Counted from the first letter of the stretch, positions 18,980-28,713 are shown. The stretch: 50,115 nt of DNA from a virus (IMGVR_UViG_3300037704_000074:1-50115), one strand, 5' to 3'. Translations and numbers: made by a program. Notes: generated by a model from the sequence alone, not told the origin.

Positions 18980-20401
18980 CTATCCGAACAGTACGAAGGG
19001 CTCTGCGCGCTTGGGCTTAGAGGGCCCGAAGGCCAGTGTCAGCGCGAACATCGCCGATACATCCCCGACATCGCGGCGCCAGCTAAACCGGTCGCCCGAC
19101 ACGGACTTTTTGCGCAACAATTGCACGGCTTCGTCCAGCTCGACGTTGGCCCGGACGATCAACTTGGAGTCGGCGATCGCCTCGTAGATCCGCCCGCAGG
19201 CTGAGTAGACCTCGGCCGCCGACAACTTGCGAATCTTGACCCGCCGGGACTCCAGCGCCGGGATCAGGAACGCCGCAGGGCCGCCACCATCGATCACGAC
19301 CGGGCCCTTGTACTTGGAATGCAGCTCCACGAGCCTGTCCAGCAGCCACCCGGTGCCCGGACGATGCTCGACCAGCTCGCCAATCTCGCCGCCAAAGGCT
19401 GCGATCGAGGCCGCGCTTTGGTCCGGGACGATGTCAACCCCGAATTCTGCCCCCTTGCGCTGCGCCTGCACGTCGGCGTGACAAGCGGCTTCCCAGTCGA
19501 CCGCTGAGATAGCCGCGATGTCGCCACTCTCGGGCCAGATCCCCATCCGCTCCCGGGCGAATGTCTCGTCCGACATGGCCTCGCGTTCGATCCGGATCGC
19601 GTCTATCGAGATCCGGATGCCGAGCCCGGGGTTCGCCGCGGCCCACGCCCGTTCGTCGTCCAGATCGGCGTCGGCTTCGGACGACCACTCCAAATAGCAA
19701 AGGCGCCCCTGCTCGCCCCCGTTCGCCGCATCGTGGCCCCGCTGGCGCACGCGACCCAGAGTCCACGATAGCGGACCTCCGGCGGAGCTGGTATACCAGA
19801 TCTGCGGGTTGCCCAGCACCGTTCGCGCCGAGATCGTCGGGAACATCGCCCCGATCATCTCGTCCGTGAGCGCGAATGCCTCGTCTAGCACGACCACGTC
19901 GCCGGTGAACCCCCGGCCGGATGAAGTCGAACGAGCCACGAACTGCAGGCGTCGGCCGTTTTGAAGTTGAATGCCCTCTTCGCCGTGGCTCGTTCTAATC
20001 TGCTTGACTCGGGAGCGCAGCTCGTCGGATCCATCGATCAGCGACGTGATCCGAAGGAACGCCTCCCGAGCGGTCTTGAACTCGTGGGCGCTGTGCAGGA
20101 TCAACCGCTCGGGCAGCCAATCCAGATAAAGCCCGGCGAGTTCTCGGGCCTCCAGGATCGTGCCCTTGCCGTTCTGCCGGCCGACGATGATCCCGACCTC
20201 AAGCGCTGCCCACCGGTCGACGTCGCCGACCCGCACGCCCATCGCGTCCCGCAGGCAGTCGGCTTCCCACGGGTCCAGCTCCAGGCCGGCAGAGGCCGCC
20301 AGCTCGATTGCGGCGTCCCCGTCCGAATAATCGTAAGCCGGGACGCTACGAACCCGCGGCTGCTGCACGCCGACGATCGCGGCGCTGCGCAATTTCGTCA
20401 A
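18980..20401 (-). CDS. terL: Terminase large subunit
   Basis: Walker A 'GRQNGKG', 'RGFTGDVVVLDEA', 'YTSSAG', 'ANPGLG', 'FARERMGIW'. Confidence 0.95.
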   Translation of the reverse strand: MTKLRSAAIVGVQQPRVRSVPAYDYSDGDAAIELAASAGLELDPWEADCLRDAMGVRVGDVDRWAALEVGIIVGRQNGKGTILEARELAGLYLDWLPERLILHSAHEFKTAREAFLRITSLIDGSDELRSRVKQIRTSHGEEGIQLQNGRRLQFVARSTSSGRGFTGDVVVLDEAFALTDEMIGAMFPTISARTVLGNPQIWYTSSAGGPLSWTLGRVRQRGHDAANGGEQGRLCYLEWSSEADADLDDERAWAAANPGLGIRISIDAIRIEREAMSDETFARERMGIWPESGDIAAISAVDWEAACHADVQAQRKGAEFGVDIVPDQSAASIAAFGGEIGELVEHRPGTGWLLDRLVELHSKYKGPVVIDGGGPAAFLIPALESRRVKIRKLSAAEVYSACGRIYEAIADSKLIVRANVELDEAVQLLRKKSVSGDRFSWRRDVGDVSAMFALTLAFGPSKPKRAEPFVLFG

Positions 20402-20546
20402 GAACCGATGCCTTTCGAGGCCTCATCTGCTCAAGTCTCTCGGATACAATGCGCAGCTCGCGGGCGACGCTGGCCAGGTGGGTACCCGATGAGGAAGGCA
20501 GTTCGGCCAGCAACGCGGCGCGGATCGCCATCAAATCCGACTGCAA
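20346..20546 (-). CDS. Probable terminase small subunit (start uncertain)
   Basis: 'LASVARELR...SVLDEIAQRRDRR' resembles actinophage TerS C-termini; overlaps the terL start. Confidence 0.65.
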   Translation of the reverse strand: MQSDLMAIRAALLAELPSSSGTHLASVARELRIVSERLEQMRPRKASVLDEIAQRRDRRRAAAAGS

Positions 20547-20553
20547 GGAGGGC

Positions 20554-20844
20554 TCACCAGTCGTTGGCCGCTGGCCGTTCGCCTTCTTGGCTGCCGTGCG
20601 TCCGGTTGTAGAGCGTACGGCTTTGGTTGCACCAGACGCACGCCGCGCGGAGGTTCGTGAGTTCAAGGAGAGCACCCCCCTTCCCTATCGGAACGATGTG
20701 GTCGATCTCTTCGGCCGCCCCAGTGCACCCCGGGAGCTTGATCTGGCACCTGTAGTTATCCCGGGCAAACACCTGGGCACGGATCCGGGCCCGCGTTCTG
20801 GACCCGACGTATCCCCAAGCGTTGCCAGGCGGCCGTTTGGGCAT
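20554..20844 (-). CDS. HNH endonuclease (packaging-associated)
   Basis: 'VFARDNYRCQI..PGC...EEIDHIVP...GG....NLRAAC.WCN'. Confidence 0.92.
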   Translation of the reverse strand: MPKRPPGNAWGYVGSRTRARIRAQVFARDNYRCQIKLPGCTGAAEEIDHIVPIGKGGALLELTNLRAACVWCNQSRTLYNRTHGSQEGERPAANDW

Positions 20845-20847
20845 CTG

Positions 20848-20934
20848 CTACCTCCGGAGGATGAACAGGACGACCGCGATGATCAGGACGATGACGAGAA
20901 TCGTGATGAACAGACCCGAGCCGGCGGCGATCAT
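20848..20934 (-). CDS. Tiny single-TM membrane protein (28 aa)
   Basis: MIAAGSGLFITILVIVLIIAVVLFILRR; ATGA overlap with the upstream gene. Confidence 0.55.
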   Translation of the reverse strand: MIAAGSGLFITILVIVLIIAVVLFILRR

Positions 20935-21284
20935 CCCCGGAGCCGATCAATCAGCTCGTCCTTGGTCCCCGAGGTCGGGAGCCCGCGGCCCCGGGCCACG
21001 ACGCGGAGCTGATCCATGGTCCGGTCCTCGTAGGCGCCGGTTCCCGGGCCCTCGGCCTCGTCCTCGGGGGCAGCCGTTTCCTCGGCGGCTGCCGGCGGCC
21101 CGTCGGGGGTCGGGCTTTGAATCCTGTCCCCTTGCACGTTCACCGCCGCCGGTGTGGTGGGGTCGCCGGCGTAGTCGGTGTTCATGCCCGGCGCCATGGC
21201 CGTGCTGGATTCGTTCGGCGGCAGGGCCTGCTCGTTCACCGATTCCGGGGTTGCCGGGTCCCGTTCCTCTGGCGATTTGCCCAT
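20931..21284 (-). CDS. Acidic protein with C-terminal SAP/HeH motif
   Basis: 'TMDQLRVVARGRGLPTSGTKDELIDRL'; SD AAGGAGG. Confidence 0.8.
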   Translation of the reverse strand: MGKSPEERDPATPESVNEQALPPNESSTAMAPGMNTDYAGDPTTPAAVNVQGDRIQSPTPDGPPAAAEETAAPEDEAEGPGTGAYEDRTMDQLRVVARGRGLPTSGTKDELIDRLRG

Positions 21285-21297
21285 GGTAACCCTCCTT

Positions 21298-21407
21298 CTT
21301 AGATTTAGCTAACTTCCAGACTGTAATGGAGAGAGAAGCCGGACAACTCGTCTCCCCGCGTTGTTCCACTCTTCCGCCCGATATCCGCCCCCTTAGCTAA
21401 ATCTAAG
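21298..21407. repeat. 15-bp perfect AT-rich inverted repeat flanking an 80-bp intergenic segment
   Basis: CTTAGATTTAGCTAA (21298-21312) and TTAGCTAAATCTAAG (21393-21407). Confidence 0.85.
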
Positions 21408-21546
21408 CGCGATCGAGCGCGAGCCCGAGCGCGAGCGCACCCGCGCCCGCCACGATCCACGCCGCCGGTGGGTAGATCTGCCAGACGCCAGCCACCACGG
21501 CCACCGTACCCCCCACCTCCAACGCCCCGACGACCCACGCTCTTAT
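21403..21546 (-). CDS. Small two-TM membrane protein (possible ATA start)
   Basis: 'RAWVVGALEVGGTVAVVAGVWQIYPPAAWIVAGAGALALG' resembles the small membrane proteins near HK97-type packaging genes. Confidence 0.6.
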   Translation of the reverse strand: MRAWVVGALEVGGTVAVVAGVWQIYPPAAWIVAGAGALALGLALDRA

Positions 21547-21887
21547 GGCGTGACGCGTACCAGGCGCCAGTCGGGTTCGCCCGGGATTGTGCCGCCCTGC
21601 GGAAGCGTCTCGGTCCCGCCGGCCTGGTATCTGATCTGCCATCCCGCGTAGTATAACCCAGCGACGGCCAGATCGCCAGTCCCCCAGGCCCAGGCTACAT
21701 CGCCCATGGTGGCCGCCACGACCTGTGCCGTGCCATGGACAGACGCCGATCCGGCAGAGACGGATCCGAACATGAACATGACTGTCGCGCCCGTCAGATT
21801 GATCGGGTTGCCTACGGCGTCCAGCAATCGGTCGGCTATAGCGGGCACGGTGGATCCCCGCTTCCACCGCCGGATGGTGCTGGTCAT
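21543..21887 (-). CDS. BppU N-terminal-like (baseplate upper) protein
   Basis: 'KRG.T.P....L.D..G.PINLTGATV.F...W..GD....G.Y...WQI.Y..G..ETLP..G'. Confidence 0.75.
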   Translation of the reverse strand: MTSTIRRWKRGSTVPAIADRLLDAVGNPINLTGATVMFMFGSVSAGSASVHGTAQVVAATMGDVAWAWGTGDLAVAGLYYAGWQIRYQAGGTETLPQGGTIPGEPDWRLVRVTP

Positions 21888-22087
21888 GCTTCCTCCGGAT
21901 CGTAGGCGTGATCAACGGAGTGGGTTGAAATCCCCATCCCCGCAGTCAGGTCCTTGATCGGCTCGCCACTCGGCCCCCGATCCAGTACCCGAACCGAGAT
22001 CGCCGCCGGCCCGAGCGTCACATCGGCGACATCATCTGGGTCGTAACCCAGATCCCGGATGAGCTGTTGCGCCTCACTCTTGCGCAT
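21884..22087 (-). CDS. Hypothetical protein
   Basis: SD GGGAG; coupled to neighbours. Confidence 0.6.
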   Translation of the reverse strand: MRKSEAQQLIRDLGYDPDDVADVTLGPAAISVRVLDRGPSGEPIKDLTAGMGISTHSVDHAYDPEEA

Positions 22088-22096
22088 GGCTCCCGC

Positions 22097-22528
22097 CTAC
22101 GTGATCTGGAAAACCCCGCCCGCAGCGGGTGTCCAGTTGATGTCGCCACCGTTGGGGGTCACCGGCAGCCCGGTGATCGAGCCCTCATCGATGTTGGCGA
22201 TGAGCTGCGATGTGGACGGGGTACCCGTGTCTTTGTAGTAGTCCAGCGACTCAACGCTGGCGCCCGACACGGCGGTGTAGACCACGTTATCATGGTCAAA
22301 CGCCCCGATCCCGGCCGTCCCCACCGTTTTGGTCGCGCAGGTGGCGGCCGTCCCGATGAGTCCAGCCGAGATGTCGTCGTACATGTCGTCGGCCAGGTTC
22401 AGGGCATCGGCGCCCTCGTCCCGCAACATCACCTTGATCGCGGTGCCGGCGTCGTTCAGGTCGATCGCTGCGCCCGTGCCTCCACCGAGCATCACATTGC
22501 GAAAGTTCTCGTAGAATGCCGAGGCCAT
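22097..22528 (-). CDS. Virion structural protein
   Basis: 'IKVML...G.FD.D.V.YT.VSG.S.E....YKDTG...TS.LIA.ID....GLPVTPNGGDI.......G.F' recurs in phage structural modules. Confidence 0.7.
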   Translation of the reverse strand: MASAFYENFRNVMLGGGTGAAIDLNDAGTAIKVMLRDEGADALNLADDMYDDISAGLIGTAATCATKTVGTAGIGAFDHDNVVYTAVSGASVESLDYYKDTGTPSTSQLIANIDEGSITGLPVTPNGGDINWTPAAGGVFQIT

Positions 22529-22530
22529 CT

Positions 22531-22836
22531 CTACTCGCCCCCGATCCCTTGAGCCGGAGGTTCCTCGTACTCTTGCCCTGCCTCCAGCGTCTCCAACCGC
22601 AACTTGGCTGCCGCCACCGAGCCCTGCCGTCGCTCGTACTCGACCGCCACCGGCTCGTAGGCCTCCCCAAGCACCTTACCCCGTGCCTTGAAATCGGCCA
22701 AGGCCTCAGCCCGCTCAGCGTCAAACGCCTGGATCTCGGCGAACTTGATCTCGACCTCGTCCCGCAACTCATCTGCCGCCGCCTGCGCCTGATCCAGTTC
22801 CGCACGCGCCGCCGCTACCGCTGCGCTATCCGGCAT
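22531..22836 (-). CDS. Coiled-coil hypothetical protein
   Basis: SD GGAGG; Ala/Glu-rich heptads. Confidence 0.65.
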   Translation of the reverse strand: MPDSAAVAAARAELDQAQAAADELRDEVEIKFAEIQAFDAERAEALADFKARGKVLGEAYEPVAVEYERRQGSVAAAKLRLETLEAGQEYEEPPAQGIGGE

Positions 22837-22841
22837 TCTGC

Positions 22842-23168
22842 TTACCTCCTCCCGATCCGCAACTGCCTGTGCTGGTAATCCTGCTCGACTCGATCCACGC
22901 CGATCTGCAGAGCAGGGGGCTTGTCCACGGCGCCCACGATATCATACTCGGGCGGCCCAGTCCAGCCGATGTTCATCAGATCGAAGACTCCTTGAGACAC
23001 CGTGCAGGATCCTGTGTCGTCCAACCATAAATGGATCGTTTTGACCGGATGCACGACGTGACAGTGTGGACATTCGTACAACGATTGCCCCGTCATCGGG
23101 ATTGACACGATCGGCACGATGGCCAAGCAGGATCTCAACGTCCGATGCCTGATTCGGATTCCAGCCAT
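22842..23168 (-). CDS. Hypothetical protein with CxxC...H motif
   Basis: 'CPHCHVVHPVKTIHLWLD'; SD GGAGG. Confidence 0.65.
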   Translation of the reverse strand: MAGIRIRHRTLRSCLAIVPIVSIPMTGQSLYECPHCHVVHPVKTIHLWLDDTGSCTVSQGVFDLMNIGWTGPPEYDIVGAVDKPPALQIGVDRVEQDYQHRQLRIGRR

Positions 23169-23176
23169 AGCCCTCC

Positions 23177-26047
23177 CTACGAGTCGTTCCCACGCCTGAT
23201 CGTACCCGTCCCCGACAACGAACTCCCGAACCCGGTGCCGGCAATACGAGCGATCGTACCAGGTACGACGACCGGCGCCCCAAGTTGCCCGGCGATCAAC
23301 TGCCCCGCCGCGAATGTCGGAGCCTTCGCGAACACGAACCCCACCAGCGTGACCGCCCCGGTGGAGATGCTGCCCACGGAGAAGATCGGCGATCGAACGA
23401 ACGTCGCCCCGATCATCGTGCGGCTGATCAAGCCGGCGCCGAAAGTGGGCACCCGAACGAACGTCGTGCCCGTCAGCGCATTCGATCCCCGCAGCAACCC
23501 CGCGATGAACAGGGGCGCCCGCTGGAACACGATCCCGGACAGCGTGACCGCGCCGCGCCCGATCGTTCCGGCCCCAAATGTCGGGGCCTTCGCGAAGACC
23601 GCGCCACCCAACACCTGGGGGCCGCCTTGTTGCGTGATGACACCGGATCCGAACGTTGGCGTACGGGTGAATACTGCCCCCGACAGCGTAACCGCACCCC
23701 GGCCGACGACGCCCGCCCCGAAGGCAGGGACGCGCTGGAATGTCGCGCCCGTCAGCGTTTGTGGTCCGCCCTGTTGCGTGATCACCCCAGCACCGAACGA
23801 TGGCGCCCGAGCAAACACCGCGCCGGTCAGGTTTTGCGCCGCACCACCAGCGGTGATGGTCCCTTGCGGGAACGTAGGCGTCCGCTGGAACACAGCACCG
23901 GACAACGCGTACGAAGTGGTGACGCTGCCGGCCCCGAACGATGGAGCCCGGGCGAACACCGCTCCGGCCAGCGTGACGGCGCCGCGAGTGATCGTTCCCG
24001 CTCCGAATGTTGGTGCCTTCGTGAACGCCGCTCCGTACAGCGGCACGACGGCTTGCGCGACAACCGATCCGGAGGTGTAGGTGCCCCCAGCAATCGCGAT
24101 CAGCCCGGTCGGGAATGCGGGGGCCTTCGTGAAGACCGCACCGGACAACGCGTACGTCGTGGTGACCGTGGCCGTTGGATAGGTCCCGGCCTTCGTGAAC
24201 ACGGCGCCCGTGAGCCCGTAGACCGTCGTAATTGTGGCCGCCGGGAACGACGGCGCCCTGGTGAACACCGCGCCCGTGAGGTTCTGGGGACCTTCGCCAC
24301 CGAGTGCGATCGTTCCGGTCGGGAATGTCGGCGCCTTGGTGAAGACCCCGCCCGACAGCGTGCGGATCGAGGTGATCGTGCCGCCCCCGAACGTAGGCGC
24401 CCGACCAAATGTGACATCGTAGATGACGTCGAAGGCCCGGACCTCAATCGGACTAACGTAGTCCATCACCCAGCAATGGCGCGCGCCGTCGAACACGATC
24501 TCGTCGGCCATCGACGAGCCAGCCTCCACGTCGAAAGTGGTCCGTTGCGTGCCGTTGGGGAATCGCGCGATGATCCGGCTCGGAGTCGTGCCATGAACCG
24601 TCCAAATCATGCCCGAGTTCTCGATAACCTCGAAAGCCGGGTTCTGATCGGACGGGTAGTAGCGGGTGGCGAGGTCAGACTTCCGGACGCGGATGAGCAT
24701 CCCACCCTGCGTTTCAAGCGCCACGAACACGTCGTCGCCGAAAAAGTCCATCGTGTCCGTCGCGAGATAGTGACCGGCCTGGAAGGTCGTGTAGATCGGG
24801 TTGTGCATATCGTCCGGGTCCCACCTGACGATCCAGGCCGGAGCCGGAGAGTTGGGTGCCCCCGTCACGAACACGTACCCGCTCTCCGGGTCGTACCGGA
24901 TGGCGTGCGGGAAGCTGTAGCCCGACAGACTGGAGATTTCTTCGTAGAACGCCTCGCGGGTGAAGTCCGAGAGGTAGTAGCGCGTGACAACGCATCCAGC
25001 GAAGTCAGAGGTCGTGTAGAGGTAGGTTCCGTCGGACGTGATGGCCGGGTACTGCCCAGCGGATGTTGGAACGCCGGTGTCGTGAATCACGTCCGTAATA
25101 GCTAGGGTGTCCGGGTCAACTTCACAAACAAGCGTGGCGTCGGTGTCCTGCGTCATCACGTAAATCTTGCCCTTGGAGGGCACGTAGACCATGTCCCAAG
25201 CGCCGATGTGATGTCCGTCGCCCGGAGCCGTTACCCCGGTGACATCCGACAGATTATTAAGCGGATCGTTCAGCCGCAGAATCCTGAACGGGGTCTGTGA
25301 CGTCCCGAGATAGATCTTCCCGTTGAGCCACAACGAGGTGTGCGCCTGGTTGTATCCCGTATAGGACGCCATCGAGCCGCGCTGCGAGATCGCGACAGGC
25401 GGCGCGATCGTCCCGATGAGATCGTAGACGCTGGTGATCGTCGCCGCGCCGAACGTCGGGGCCTTTGTGAAGACCGCCCCGGCCAGGATCTGCAAGCTCA
25501 GGGTCACCACACCGGCGCCGAATGAGGGCGCCTTTGTGAACACGGCGCCAGTCAAATCCTGCGGAGCCGCGCCCTGGTCCGGAGTCTCCAGCTCCGCCCA
25601 CGAGACCGCCCCGCCGCGCCGGTTCGCCGGCGCCCCGCCCGATGCCGATGTGGTGAACCTCAGTCGCAGGTCGGTGAAATCGGTAATCGCTGCCGCTTCC
25701 GCACCACTAAGCGTGTAGGAGTACCCCGTCCAGGTTCCATTCGCCGTCCGGGCCGCGTCGGCCGCGATCAGCGTAGTACCCTGATACAGTTCGGCGGTAA
25801 CCGTGACAGCGTTGCCCGCACCATCGACCGTACCGGCGTTGGTCTTCGCAATTCGGTACCTGAAGGTTAGACTCCCGGCCCCCAGCGGCGTCGCCGGATC
25901 CCCGAGACCGACTTCGAGAACTGCGGCTGTGTTGTTCGTCCCCCAGGCAAAATCGGCGTCGGACGCCGACGCTTCATCGATGTCGGCGAATCCGCCGGTA
26001 AAGTTTGTCTGAGTTACATTCGAGTCGGGCCGCGCGAACTGGCTCAT
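23177..26047 (-). CDS. Large repetitive virion (fibre/appendage-like) protein with an inserted beta-propeller-like domain
   Basis: ~18 copies of L(T/S/A)GAVF(T/A/Q)(K/R)AP(T/S)FGAG; central region with blade-like motifs (GKIY, DGTYLY, GYVFV). Confidence 0.8.
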   Translation of the reverse strand: MSQFARPDSNVTQTNFTGGFADIDEASASDADFAWGTNNTAAVLEVGLGDPATPLGAGSLTFRYRIAKTNAGTVDGAGNAVTVTAELYQGTTLIAADAARTANGTWTGYSYTLSGAEAAAITDFTDLRLRFTTSASGGAPANRRGGAVSWAELETPDQGAAPQDLTGAVFTKAPSFGAGVVTLSLQILAGAVFTKAPTFGAATITSVYDLIGTIAPPVAISQRGSMASYTGYNQAHTSLWLNGKIYLGTSQTPFRILRLNDPLNNLSDVTGVTAPGDGHHIGAWDMVYVPSKGKIYVMTQDTDATLVCEVDPDTLAITDVIHDTGVPTSAGQYPAITSDGTYLYTTSDFAGCVVTRYYLSDFTREAFYEEISSLSGYSFPHAIRYDPESGYVFVTGAPNSPAPAWIVRWDPDDMHNPIYTTFQAGHYLATDTMDFFGDDVFVALETQGGMLIRVRKSDLATRYYPSDQNPAFEVIENSGMIWTVHGTTPSRIIARFPNGTQRTTFDVEAGSSMADEIVFDGARHCWVMDYVSPIEVRAFDVIYDVTFGRAPTFGGGTITSIRTLSGGVFTKAPTFPTGTIALGGEGPQNLTGAVFTRAPSFPAATITTVYGLTGAVFTKAGTYPTATVTTTYALSGAVFTKAPAFPTGLIAIAGGTYTSGSVVAQAVVPLYGAAFTKAPTFGAGTITRGAVTLAGAVFARAPSFGAGSVTTSYALSGAVFQRTPTFPQGTITAGGAAQNLTGAVFARAPSFGAGVITQQGGPQTLTGATFQRVPAFGAGVVGRGAVTLSGAVFTRTPTFGSGVITQQGGPQVLGGAVFAKAPTFGAGTIGRGAVTLSGIVFQRAPLFIAGLLRGSNALTGTTFVRVPTFGAGLISRTMIGATFVRSPIFSVGSISTGAVTLVGFVFAKAPTFAAGQLIAGQLGAPVVVPGTIARIAGTGFGSSLSGTGTIRRGNDS

Positions 26048-26487
26048 GCGGGCACCCGTCCGAAGACCTGCCAGTCGTACTCGCGAGCGGCCAGATTCTC
26101 GTCGTCGTAGCTCGTCCCGGTGATCCCGGTCGCGATCGGGGTGTCGACCTCAGGATCGAAGGCCGCGCCCGTCTGCGGTGAACGCCGGAATATCGAGTAG
26201 TCGGCGACGCCCGGAGTCCCCGATGCCGACCAAGTCAGTTGTGCCGTGGTGCCCACGATCGTCACCTGGAGATTATTCGGGTCAGCCGCGACCGAGATCG
26301 TGCCGGCTCCGAACGAGGGAGTCTTGGTGAAGACTGCGCCGGCCAGTGTCGACAGCGTCGACAGCACCCCGGCGCCGAACGATCCGGCCCGGGCGAAGAT
26401 CGCGCCAGTCAGGCTCTGCGCGCCCCCGCCAGCCTGCTGCTGCGCGGCTCCCGATAGGAGAGGCCCGTACCAAGGACCCCAGGACAC
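26044..26487 (-). CDS. Virion protein with two GAVF repeats and an FnIII-like domain
   Basis: 'PNNLQVT...AQLTWSAS...DYSIFRR...TSYDD.NL...YDWQV'. Confidence 0.7.
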   Translation of the reverse strand: MSWGPWYGPLLSGAAQQQAGGGAQSLTGAIFARAGSFGAGVLSTLSTLAGAVFTKTPSFGAGTISVAADPNNLQVTIVGTTAQLTWSASGTPGVADYSIFRRSPQTGAAFDPEVDTPIATGITGTSYDDENLAAREYDWQVFGRVPA

Positions 26488-26837
26488 TATGCCACCTTAC
26501 GAATCGACCAATCGATGGCCCGGTCGGTGCCGGACACCTTCACGAGCGAGAACGTCCAGCCGTGTAGGAGGAGGAACGACGGCGAGACCCAGTTGTCCTC
26601 GACGCCCTGCGCGTTGCTGATCTCCTGCGAGAAGAAGCGACGCTGCGTCGATGCGGCCAGCACCTGCTCATACGCGGCGAACCGAAACGTGTCACCGTCG
26701 GCGAGAGCGTTCAGATCGAGGAAGACTTGGTAGACGCCGTCGTCCGTCTGCGCCCCGAGCGTCGTAGTGTCCGACGGGAGGTCCCACTCGTCCGTGCCGA
26801 CTGTCTCGGTACCACTGAATGCTTCACTAAGTGCCAT
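26487..26837 (-). CDS. Putative structural protein
   Basis: SD GGAGG; beta-rich; in a structural-like cluster. Confidence 0.65.
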   Translation of the reverse strand: MALSEAFSGTETVGTDEWDLPSDTTTLGAQTDDGVYQVFLDLNALADGDTFRFAAYEQVLAASTQRRFFSQEISNAQGVEDNWVSPSFLLLHGWTFSLVKVSGTDRAIDWSIRKVA

Positions 26838-26846
26838 CCGCCCTCC

Positions 26847-27671
26847 CTAATATACGCCGTACACGACCCAGTCGTCCGCGTCCCCAGCACCCGAACCCTG
26901 CGACCGCAAGTGTAGTGTCGTTCCCGCCGGGACGAAGCAGAACCTACCGAAGATCGCCTGCGCGTTACCGAACGTCTCGGATGTAGATCCCCCGAAGTAG
27001 AACTCATCCAGCCCGGGGATCGCCACCGACGAGGACGACCCGAGGTCGGCGGCAATGGCCTGCCCCACTTCGGCGGTGTCTACGTTGCCACCAACCATCG
27101 GGAGGACGTAACCCCAGTCGTGGACCGTCGTCCCGAGCGACGTCAGCGTTCCGTCGGACGCCGCCCCGGGGATGACCGACTGACCGCCCGAGTCGTCCGT
27201 AAATGCGCCGACTTCCTCGACCGCCGTTCCGGTCCAGTGCATCCCCTCACCACCGCCGAACAGCTTGATCTTGCAGGTGACACCTGTGGAGACCCGCGCG
27301 CTCCGGTGAGTCCCCGAGATGCGGGTTCCGGCGGGAATGCGGAGCGGGAACTTGTACGTGCGAGCGAGGTTCGCGTCCGATCCCACCCATCCTGCCAGCA
27401 GGTTTGGAATGAGTATCTGCTCCGAGCCCGCCGCCCCGACCTTGATGTTGACGAGGGAGCTGGAGTTGATGACCGGCCCACCGTTGTTTGCGAACTGTAG
27501 CCACACCCAGTCGGTGTCGAAGTTCGTGGACGCAAGGATCTCCGTTTCAGTGGCGGGCTCGACGTGCGCCGTCCCGTCCGACGTCAGCACCGTTCCCTGG
27601 TCGTTAGCGGGCTGCCCGGAGATGTTCGACTGCAACCTGACGCCCCTGACCTTCGACAGCGCGTACGGCAT
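26847..27671 (-). CDS. Putative structural protein, paralogue of 27671-28508
   Basis: Shared motifs (ASTNFDTDWV, RTYKFPLRIPAG, HDWG, GRFC.VPAGT, GVY*). Confidence 0.75.
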   Translation of the reverse strand: MPYALSKVRGVRLQSNISGQPANDQGTVLTSDGTAHVEPATETEILASTNFDTDWVWLQFANNGGPVINSSSLVNIKVGAAGSEQILIPNLLAGWVGSDANLARTYKFPLRIPAGTRISGTHRSARVSTGVTCKIKLFGGGEGMHWTGTAVEEVGAFTDDSGGQSVIPGAASDGTLTSLGTTVHDWGYVLPMVGGNVDTAEVGQAIAADLGSSSSVAIPGLDEFYFGGSTSETFGNAQAIFGRFCFVPAGTTLHLRSQGSGAGDADDWVVYGVY

Positions 27672-28508
27672 CAGTAGACTCCGTGAGCGAGGACGGTCCT
27701 CTGCAGATTCGCGTTCGACAGCGCCTGAATCCTGGAATAAAGGATCGTCCCAGCGGGAACGTAGCAGAATCGTCCGTCCTCGTAGGTGCGCATGTCCTCA
27801 GTGGACCCGAAGGAGGAGCGAAAGTCTTCCAACCCCGGTATGACCGCAGCCGACGTTCCGAGGTCAATGTCGTCCTGCGTCGCGGGCGAGCTGGAGTCCG
27901 TACTTCCGGTCGCAACATGCACGAAGCCCCAGTCGTGTGCCAGCGTCGCCGCCGCGTCCGACGCTCCGAGACGAGTGAGCGCCCCCTCGGCCGTTGTGCC
28001 GACGGAAACGAGCGAACCGCGAGACACGGACGTAACCGCTCCGATGGTCTCCACTCGCGTACCCGTCCAGTGGGGAATGGGATCCCCCCCGAAGAGCACC
28101 ATCCACACGGAGATGGTGTCGCTCGCGATGAGTGCTTGCAGGTCCGCCGTAATCCTGCTACCGGCCGGGATGTGAAGGGGAAAGCTGTAGGTACGTCCGA
28201 AGTCTGTACCTGAGATCTGTCTCGCCCACCCCGTCTGCAGGTTAGGAACGAGCAACTGCTCCTGGGTGTCCGCGCCGACGTAGATGTTCATGAGCTGGTC
28301 GGTCGCCGAGTTCGTAATGGCCGAGTTGTGGACGTAGATGTCGACCCAGTGCGTGTCGAAGCTCGTGCTGGCGAACAGCTCGACCTTCGTACCCAGCGTG
28401 TGGATCGTGGCACTCGCTGTAAGCAACGTGCCGTATGTGCCCGTCAGCCTGCCGGATGCGTTCGCCTCACGACGTAGCCCCCGCTGCTTTGGCAGCATCA
28501 GAGGCATC
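27671..28508 (-). CDS. Putative structural protein, paralogue of 26847-27671
   Basis: ASTSFDTHWV, RTYSFPLHIPAG, HDWG, GRFC.VPAGT, GVY*; start placed at MPLML. Confidence 0.75.
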
Positions 28509-28704
28509 AGACGATCCTTCGATAGAGAATGTCCCCACTCTCGATCACCCACCGGTGGCCGTTGGCGCAGACCCCGTTGGCGCTCACGGTGATGTGAATG
28601 TGCTCCCCCACGACGAGCGTGGTCGGGTCGTTGGGTAGGCGACTAAAGACTGGGAGCGTTAGCACCAGGCCGTCAATCGGACACGTGATGTCACCGCGCG
28701 CCAT
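28507..28704 (-). CDS. Small Cys/His hypothetical protein
   Basis: 'CPID...CANGHRW'; coupled to neighbours. Confidence 0.55.
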   Translation of the reverse strand: MARGDITCPIDGLVLTLPVFSRLPNDPTTLVVGEHIHITVSANGVCANGHRWVIESGDILYRRIV

Positions 28705-28713
28705 CTTAGCACC

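Noticed and set aside
23145-25105. Plus-strand 311-aa and 606-aa ORFs
   Set aside because: Antisense shadows of the repeat fibre gene.
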